NCBI RefSeq assembly: GCF_009914755.1
Contig: NC_060930.1
DNA length: 64,000 nt
Direction: 5' to 3' (one strand)
From: the human T2T-CHM13v2.0 reference genome, Homo sapiens
In this document: positions 55,029-64,000 of the stretch, piece by piece
Layout of the letters: each line of letters starts with the position of its first letter
Position numbering within the stretch: the stretch's first letter is position 1
Translations under genes and position numbers: made by a program
The notes under the pieces: generated by a model
The model's database searches: none
Seen by the model: the letters and a program-made list of their open reading frames with translations, nothing else
Told to the model about the DNA's origin: nothing

Positions 55029-58000
55029 CTAATATAAACATAACAAGAGAGAGTTCCAAATCCATGTGCTTTCTGGAAATATATTTTATCATTTTGTCGA
55101 GCCATTGACATAAACAAACTATAGGAAAATTGGACTCAAAAGAAAAGAGATGACAACAGTCTACTTAAGAAGAAGAAACTAACACAGTCAATAAAGTAAT
55201 AAGTATTGTCCAAAGTTTTTTTCCCTTTCTGAGACCAGACAGCAAAATTATAGTGGACAAGATGATTAAATGCGCATGTGAGATGTAATCATCCCTTTAA
55301 CCACTTACTCTAAAAATAGATTTTTTCATGAATAAGAGTGTAAGTATACAATTCAAATGTATGCTCACATCTACACACTGTGACAGATTCTGCTGCAATA
55401 AAATTATTCTTTCTGTTCTGATGCAACCTGATTATATATTCTTATGACTTAAATTCCTGAAACAGAGCTGGTTTGCAGTCTTAATTCTATATTCAGAGAT
55501 CAAGCCTGTGCCAAATGTCATTACTGTGTTACTTATGAAGACCCCAAAGTTGGTAGTCAACTTAGGACTGATGTATCATCCAGAAACTAATCTAAATTAT
55601 AAAAAATATATTCATTATGTCACTTCATCAAGGAAAATCTAGAAGCATCAAAACTATCCTGTGAAATATACGTTAAAATTTATCCATGCTCTCTTTTCCT
55701 TTGAATAGGCTATATACCATAAACTGCTTAGGATATTGAATACAGGGAACTGAAGAAAACATTTTGCTCAGTTTTCAGGGAATCCTCTATTACATTAAGT
55801 AGTGACTGAAATAATTAACTTTCTAGCCTTCAGGGACGTGTACTTAAGGTTTGAAGTCAGAATTTAAAATACCAGCTATGTAACTGGTATAAGTCTAAAA
55901 TTTCTGGGATTTAGTTTTTTGCATTAAAATGGGGATAGTCATAGAACTGTTAAAAAGATTAAATGGCATACTGAATGCAAAGTAGTTTGAGAAATTTAAG
56001 AAAGTTTTCTATTTTTTGCTTCACAAAATTTCATTGTGACTTCAATTAAAAATAATTTTGTATTAAATAAGTCATGTGCCTTTTTAGGGGGTAGAAAAGC
56101 ATGTTTAAAATGTTTGAATCTCTGTTTAAGATAATTATGCCTATAAGATGTCTAACTCTTCAGTCACTAAGCCATTATCAAAATGCTGTAACTTACTGGT
56201 GGCAGCTAATGCTAATTACGGACAAAGATCCCAACAGTCAATAGCTTTGTGGGTGCTGGCACTGCCGAATTAAGGCCACATACCCAAGCAGCAAGTGCCA
56301 ATTTTGTATTCACAGAAGATAACTGCATATTTCAAATCCTAAATATCAGCTAAATATCGAACACTAATTTTATTTTTGTCAGACTGTTGTGAACATACAT
56401 ATCTGACTAGTAAACAGTTTTGAATCTGTATTTTTTGAGTCACGATCAATGAATTAGAATAGAATAAGAAATGAAAAATGTTAGCTATATATGCAGGGTT
56501 CTACCTTCAAAACACCCTAATAATTTTGGGATCTATATTGTTACTTTACTCTCAAACTATTTACTAAAGATATTTTGATAATTTTTTCCTATGTCTTTGG
56601 CACTAGCACTATTATGATTAATTCAGTCACGAAAAATACATAATTTCATATCTGGCTATTAAAGGTGCTATCATATCTCATTTTATCCATTTGGCCATGC
56701 TCAATTTCTGACCTCATTTCTCCACCTCCTCTGTCACCCCTTTCTTTGCTATCTTTCCCACATATAAACCAGTAACCACAAGTACTTGCCATAATAAATG
56801 TCAGTGAAGAACAAATAAAACAAAGATGGTAAAGAACATACAGAGTTTTGGTTTTTGTTTGTTTTGGCTAATCTAATTTCCATTGATCTTGATCTTGAAT
56901 ACCTAGTAATCTTTTAGGTTCGTCTAACAATTCTTCATAGGAAATGCAGACAGTGCCTGTCTTGAAACTAGCAGACTGCTTTAAAACTATACGTAATTAA
57001 CTGTGTGGTGAAACTACCTTGCTGACTAGAAAGTATTTGCCACTGGAACTTCTTAGGAAGAATGGTGTGGTTTGAGATAATAAGAGATAAATGCAGATTT
57101 AACCAAAGAAACTAAAAAAGGATGCAGACTAATTTCAAGCTACCTGGAAAAGAGGAGCTATGATAAATCCATGTTTTATCCCAACTGTCTTTAAACATTG
57201 GAAATGTTCAGAAATCACCATAAAGTCTTTTCTACAATTATGTAGCAAATGGCTCCAATTTTTCCTTCTATTCCTAACTCTTCTTGAATCGCTTCCACGC
57301 TACTGTTGAAAGATGCCAGGCCTTTCTCTTTTTAACCTACCGGAAGATCATTCAGGAATACCCTAGATCAGTCTTGCTCTTGATAACAAGACTATATCTA
57401 AACCCAGGTAACAGTCCTGAAGCAGACCGAATCCTGCACCTATTTGCAAAGAGCCAAACTCATCCCTTAATATGGAGAAGGACCAATGTATGGAGCTTTT
57501 CCTTTCCAGGCCCAGAGCAATTGCTAGTGCCAAGAAATGTAATAGTTATGGATCAGAAACAAGCCTTTGCAAGAACATTTCTATAGAGCAATATCTGTGC
57601 CAATTTTTTGTGGAAGGATTTGGCCTTCTTAGCATCTCAGTCTTGTCGTAAATATAATGTTAGATGTAACGCAGCCAAACATATTGCTTCCACCTCTAAA
57701 TATAAAGTGGTGGGGGGGGGGCATAGAATTGTTTTGGAGATTAAGTGAGCAAAAGGGAAAAATGCTTAAAAGAAGTGCCTAAACACTGCTCTGGATCATA
57801 GCAAATGCCTGAAAAATACTTGGTTCTTGTTTTCTTCCTTCTGTCCTTTGTTCCCTCCCTTCCTCTTCTTGTCTTTCCTCCCTCCTTCCCTTTCTCCTCT
57901 CTTTCTCCATCTATCCCTCTCCATGTTGTTCTCTGGAAAAAAAACAGATTATTTTGGTCTTTATTTTAAAACGAGATAGAAGCAAGTGTAATTGTGTGAA

Positions 58001-60101
58001 CTCTCATATTCTCCATGATCTTCTTTTGCCTTTTTTCAAATATTTTAAAGATACATGTCACATATTTAAAGAAAAAAGTTTTATTGTTAATAAAAATGTG
58101 AACAAATCTTATGTAAAACTGCTTTTGTTATAAATCTGACTTAAATATTACAAAAAATATCAAACTGAAGGGGCAACTTTGTAGAGATAGAATGTTTCGT
58201 AATGAGAAGTTATGGGGTAAAGTGGTTCAGCAGATTCAAAAACTCAATTTAAGTGCTCTCTACTGGGGCAAAAATAAAAGTTCTTTTTGTTCCTAGTTGT
58301 CACTCATTTTCTCCCACAGATACTGGCATCTATGTGGGAGAGAAGGAAGGATTTCTGCTATCTGCATCCCCTACCCCATATCTCTTTGGCTCTCCAGTTT
58401 ATGTTCTTCCTTCTAGAATTCCATTTCAGAATAAAAATTTATTAGAGCAAATGTAAGAGGACAGAGTGAGCTGCATTACTTAGTCACACACCCCAACTCT
58501 AAACCAGCATTGCATAATCCCTTTTAACTTACTTCCCCTTTCCAGGGCTGAAAGCCAGAATTATAAAGAGTTGTGAGTGGGTTGCATAAGTATGGTGATG
58601 GGAGGCAAATAGTTCTGCTAGCCTTCCGGCCCTACCAGTAAGCAAAGTTTAAGAGTAACACACAAGTCTCACAAGAAATTATTTTCACCCCCAAATTAGC
58701 CTCAGTTTGGTCATGGCAGCAATTCTTTCTCTGAGGGGTGCTCCATTCTTAGGACACCTGGGTCACTACCCTTTCAACCTCCAACTCGCCCATTGAAAAC
58801 TGGACTGCATCCAAACAAACTAAACAGCGTTCCTTAGGGGCAGCTGCTCCATTGCTACTTCTCTCTTTTTAGATTATTGTTTAGAGTACTTGTTTCTTGC
58901 TGTCCTTATTTCCTTTTGCTAAACATATCACTTTTCACATAATTAAAGATTTTTCATTTATAAGAGGTTACATATTCCAATAGAAATGCCACACACAGTA
59001 GGTACTGCTAATCTCACAATTCCTAGAAGACTCATTTGGCCTGAAGATGTTTTGCTTCTGCTTAACTTTGATGGATTAGGAATTCCCCAGCTTATAACCT
59101 ATCAGAGTAATGTACCATTTACCTCCTAAATTCTCTATCCCTTTCTCCAGGCTATTATAATCACTTGAATTATTTCAATGAATTAATAAATCTCATTCCT
59201 CTCTATTGTTCACTTGCAATTGAATCTTTCCAAAGACCACCATGATTTGATTTTGTTAGAGTAAAAGGGAAATTTTTTTCATTGCTGTGTATTGCTGATT
59301 TAGCACATTCCTCATGCTCCAACAAGGTCAAAGAGACACTACCACATGCAATTCCGAATGAATCAACTTTACCGTTTCATTTAATTATCTTCTTCCTTGT
59401 TTTCTTTACAGTTATTTACTCAAATTAGAAAACATCCAAGCTGTATGCACACTGATTTTACTTATAAAATGCAAACTTTAAAAGCAAACATTTGGTTTGA
59501 GTAAACAAATGTCTAAAACTAACCATCGTGAACAAAAGACATAGTGGTAAGTTTCCCTCCTAAACGTAGATTATTCAATTATGAATGGCATAGACTTCAG
59601 CTCAAATTACAGAAACACTAACTCTACAGTGAGTCCACCACCACCTTAGATAAAACTAAAATTTATTTTTCACCGCAATTTTCAAATACCAAGTCTCCAG
59701 GATTGTGACCTTTAATTTGCAAATGTTAAAAGTCTTTATATGAATAAAAAAAATCACATTTGAATAAATATACTTAGTGAAAATCAATGATGGGCAAAGT
59801 GCTTTTCAAACAACTGAGAAGCAGTGTTGGAAAAACAGTCTCAAAGAGCGGATGGTACTGTCAGTCCACAGTTGGGAAATCCACCCTGAGCAGCTGAACA
59901 GCCTTTTTCCTAGGAGTCAGTACAATCTGTTATGCACCCCGCCCACTGTTTTTAAGCCCAGACACAGACAACAGCAGAGACAGATGTTGAAATTACACTC
60001 CACTTAAACAGTATCCATAGTTTAAAACATCTCAACAGCAGCCCCTTTGTATCCTGCCATAATTAGTCACTTGCTTGTAAACTTGCCGGAAAGAAACATA
60101 C

Positions 60102-60320
60102 CTTTCACACTGGGGAGAAATCCTATGGATGCTCGACCACTGGTCAATTAGCAGTGGAAGAAAGTGGATGGCTAGCTGTCTTAAAGAGAAAAGTCTCAGC
60201 TCGGTGAATCTCGATTCTTTACAAGAAAAGGGGATGCAAAATAAGTCCAACCATTCCACAGAGCAGTACTGACAAGTCCCTTTGAAACCTTCACCACTTT
60301 TACAAGTCAAAAAGCTGCTC
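60102..60320 (-). other. KIAA0408: Putative non-coding first exon of KIAA0408 (5' end approximate)
   Basis: Good donor GAAAG|GTATGT at 60102/60101 in unique sequence, with a promoter-like motif cluster immediately upstream. The TSS cannot be fixed from sequence. Confidence 0.6.
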
Positions 60321-60338
60321 AGCTTAGTGTCACAGCAG

Positions 60339-60473
60339 CAGCTGAGACTACTGTGACGTCAGTTACTTGGAGGCGGCCTTCAAGCCACCTCTTCCAACCA
60401 GAGCTCTGTAACTTTAGAGCAGCTCATGCTCTGGGTAAACAACTCCAGGTCCAGGACATTTTTAGCTTTTATA
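60339..60473 (-). promoter_or_regulatory. Candidate non-CpG-island promoter: E-box, full CRE, forkhead site, TATA-like box
   Basis: CAGCTG at 60339-60344, palindromic TGACGTCA at 60354-60361, GTAAACAA at 60435-60442, and minus-strand TATAAAAG at 60473-60466. Confidence 0.5.
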
Positions 60474-60914
60474 ATGGAGCCCAGTATTTTCAAACTTGCC
60501 AAAAGAGCTGGTTGTTAACATCATACAATGACAATGGCCAATTTTAGATTTATTTTATTAGGAAAGTAAACTCATTTTTTTATAGGCAAGAATTATCTCC
60601 CTCCTTCCATAATTCTTTCTCCTTCTCAGCTGGTGGCAGGATGTACTCTGCTGCACCTTTAGAAGTTTGCATCTGGATGTGGCAGAACAATATGTGTAGC
60701 ATAATTATATATATTATGCACTCTCAAAAGATCTGTGAAAGTTATCAAACTTCTATCTTCAAATAAAATAGAAATGGAACATAAAGTCCAACCTCTTAGC
60801 TCTCTGTGATTCTGACAGTGTGTTGCTTTTATCTACAGTAGTAGCGATGTCTTTACGTTAGAGAAAATCAGAGCCCATGGGAAAGGATGAGATTTCTTAT
60901 TGTGGGAGGACAAA

Positions 60915-60932
60915 ACACACACACACACACAC
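60915..60932. repeat. (CA)n microsatellite
   Basis: Read directly. Confidence 0.85.
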
Positions 60933-61880
60933 CCCAAAAATGAGATACCTATGGGCTTATTTTCCACTAAAGTGTGCTGCAGCCATAGGAAGAGAAAGCA
61001 GCCTAAGTGTATGGAAAAGCTCTCTAAATCATGATCAAATCAGCCTGTTCTGAAATGCTAGGAGATCTTGCCTCCCCAGCGACATTTTCAGGTTTATTGT
61101 GGCTTTGTACACACATGCATCTGATGATATTTGGTTTAATTTAGTCAAAAAAGTCTCTAGAGCAATTTTTTGCCTAACTTAGCAAATACACAAGTTTAAA
61201 CAATAAGGTCTTATCTTCAAGTCTGAAGAGCTTCCCTGGTGTGGTCTTTAAAGTAATACATATTCACTCACATTATTTTCACCTGCTTCCAGATAAACAT
61301 TTCATGAGGAGCTAAAGTTTAGTAATAGTAACCTGCTCACAGTAGGACTTTAATACATGTAGGACAATCAAATGAAACCATACTCTGTGTCTGGAAAGCC
61401 TGACATCATAATCTCAACAGCAATAACAACAATAACAGTGATAGTTATAGTAATAATAGTGATTATTCACTGAGGGGCAACCCTCTGCAAGGTTCTGTGC
61501 TAAGTACTTTGAACAGACCTTTATCTGAGTTCACCCTCAGAGCAATTCTGTCTCTAGATACTGATAATCTGATCTTACTGATAAAACCCAAGCAAGGCTC
61601 ATTGTGGTAAAGCATCATGCAAAAGTTCATAGAAATGCACCCATGTGGAGGAAACGGGTTTGAACTGTTTTGTCTGATTGCAAACCATGGAATTTTGTCA
61701 TAGAGATCTAAGTTTCAATTCTGCTGCCACCACTTATCTGTGTGATCTTGCAGACCCTGATTCTTCCTTAAAGACATAATTATATTTACTTTAAGAGGCC
61801 ATAAGAATATGAGGGAATATATATAGCGCCAAGCACACAATAAAGGGTAGCTCATGTCTGCCTCCATGCTTATGAGGCTA

Positions 61881-62300
<420 letters not shown>

Positions 62301-62483
62301 TTAACTTCTATGTATCACTTGTAAATCAAACTAAGACTATTTTGTAAATCCTATCGAAAATTCAGATAGTATGTGTCTAAGTTACAAGAGATGTTAGGTT
62401 GGACTATACTTCCTAAGTGTCACTCAGTAGTACCCATTTCAATCTCTTTTAATGGCTGTCCCAGTGTGATTGTCCCAGGGCAA

Positions 62484-63192
62484 TCACAAATAATTGCCCT
62501 ATGTTTTAGAAAGAATTATGTCATTCATACCTGATGACATACTAATTTATTTCAATGTATATCAGATTCAAGTGCTTCATCTGCTTCTTGTCATGGTAAA
62601 GCTGATCTTAAATTGTACACAGAATCAAATAATAATGAAAATCTTTGACAAAAAGTTTACTCCAAGTTTACCACTTATTCTAGTATTTACCAACTTTTTC
62701 TGTTGAAGTTTATATATATATAATTTATATTATATGTTATTTATATAAAATATATAATTTCCAGGCCATATTTCATACCCAAAAGACAGAAAGTAAGTCA
62801 ATTAGGTGATACGGTGCAAAGTCAAGAAATGTTCAGCACAGCTTTTGATATTTTCCCTTGAAAACTTTTTGTTTTTTAAGAAAACTTTTAAAAGAAAATT
62901 TACCACAATTATATACATAAAATGAATGCATTTAAAAGACTGATGCTGGTATACTCAGCCCTACAGTTACATTCAGACATCTTGAACTGCCTGAGGTTTT
63001 CAAGCAGGTGTCAGAATGACTGAAAATCTTATGAAAAAAATGCAATTTGTTTTGTAATGCAGTTTTTCTTTAAACCATTTGAACATTTAAATCTTCAAAT
63101 ATGAAATTCACAAATGATTGCCCTATGTTTTAGAAAGAATTACATCATTCATACCTTATGACATACTAATCTTATTTCAATGTATAACAGAT
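62484..63192 (+). repeat. Dispersed direct repeat of about 85 bp (62484-62567 and 63108-63192)
   Basis: TCACAAAT(A/G)ATTGCCCTATGTTTTAGAAAGAATTA...ATGACATACTAAT...TTATTTCAATGTATA(T/A)CAGAT; about 6 differences between copies. Confidence 0.9.
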
Positions 63193-63389
63193 ATGTAAAG
63201 AAATGTACATAATAACACTTAATGGAAAATAAATGTAGAAACACTGCCTGCTGTCAAGAAACAAAAAAGAAAATTCTAAAAAGAAATGGAAAAGATCTAT
63301 ATTAATAATAATATTAAGGCACAATCAAAAACATTTTAAAAAGGGTAAAAGAGAACTAATGCGTGCATAAATGTCACTAGCAGGTGTTT

Positions 63390-63550
63390 CCAGACTTACA
63401 GAATTTTAGAGCCAGAAAGAACTTCTGAAATCATCTAGCTAACCTTCTCATTTTACAGTTGAGGGAAGAGGCCCTGAGAGTAACTCATCTGCTCAAGGTC
63501 ACAAAGCCACTTAGTGGCCATTCCAAGAATAGAATCCAGGTCTCCTCATT
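63390..63550. mobile_element. MIR remnant
   Basis: CTCATTTTACAG...GAGGCCCTGAGAG...CTCAAGGTCACA core. Confidence 0.65.
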
Positions 63551-63741
63551 CCTGGTGGAGTGCCTTGAAGTTCAAAATTCCAAGAAGTGCAAGGGAAGAA
63601 AATCGAAATAAGAATGCTGGATATGAGAGGAGACTGAGAAGTTGATTTCTGGCTTTGGCAAATTTTAAATTCAGTTTTCTTCTATGTCCAAATGAGAGAG
63701 AAGATACTCTATCTTTCAAGTATGACATAAGAATCATATAG

Positions 63742-64000
<259 letters not shown>

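Noticed and set aside
60235-60275. Exon-1 frame peptide QYCSVEWLDLFC resembling recalled MTCL1 QYASDKAAWDVEWAVLKC
   Set aside because: It needs a multi-residue gap and the flanks do not align; too weak without a profile search.

Overview
This is primate, almost certainly human, genomic DNA. The right third holds a complete minus-strand protein-coding gene that I recognise as KIAA0408, the neighbour of SOGA3/MTCL3. Five coding exons splice at GT-AG sites into a 2085-nt ORF (694 aa plus TAA). The gene also has a putative non-coding first exon near 60.1-60.3 kb and a long 3' UTR probably running to about 39.3 kb. The left ~36 kb is intergenic and repeat-dense: a full-length L1PA with a 17-bp TSD and three inserted Alus, a solo LTR12 with a CCAAT array, old L1M fragments, MaLR/ERV LTRs, DNA transposons, about 30 Alus (two nested Alu-in-Alu) and an RPL17 processed pseudogene. 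The most interesting observation is that the KIAA0408 '5' UTR' directly upstream of the ATG is stop-free and resembles MTCL1/SOGA coiled-coil sequence. A 14-nt choice of splice acceptor decides whether upstream exons join it in frame, which suggests a split MTCL-family gene or an N-terminally extended isoform. Family assignments and the MTCL1 comparison are from memory and were not checked by search.
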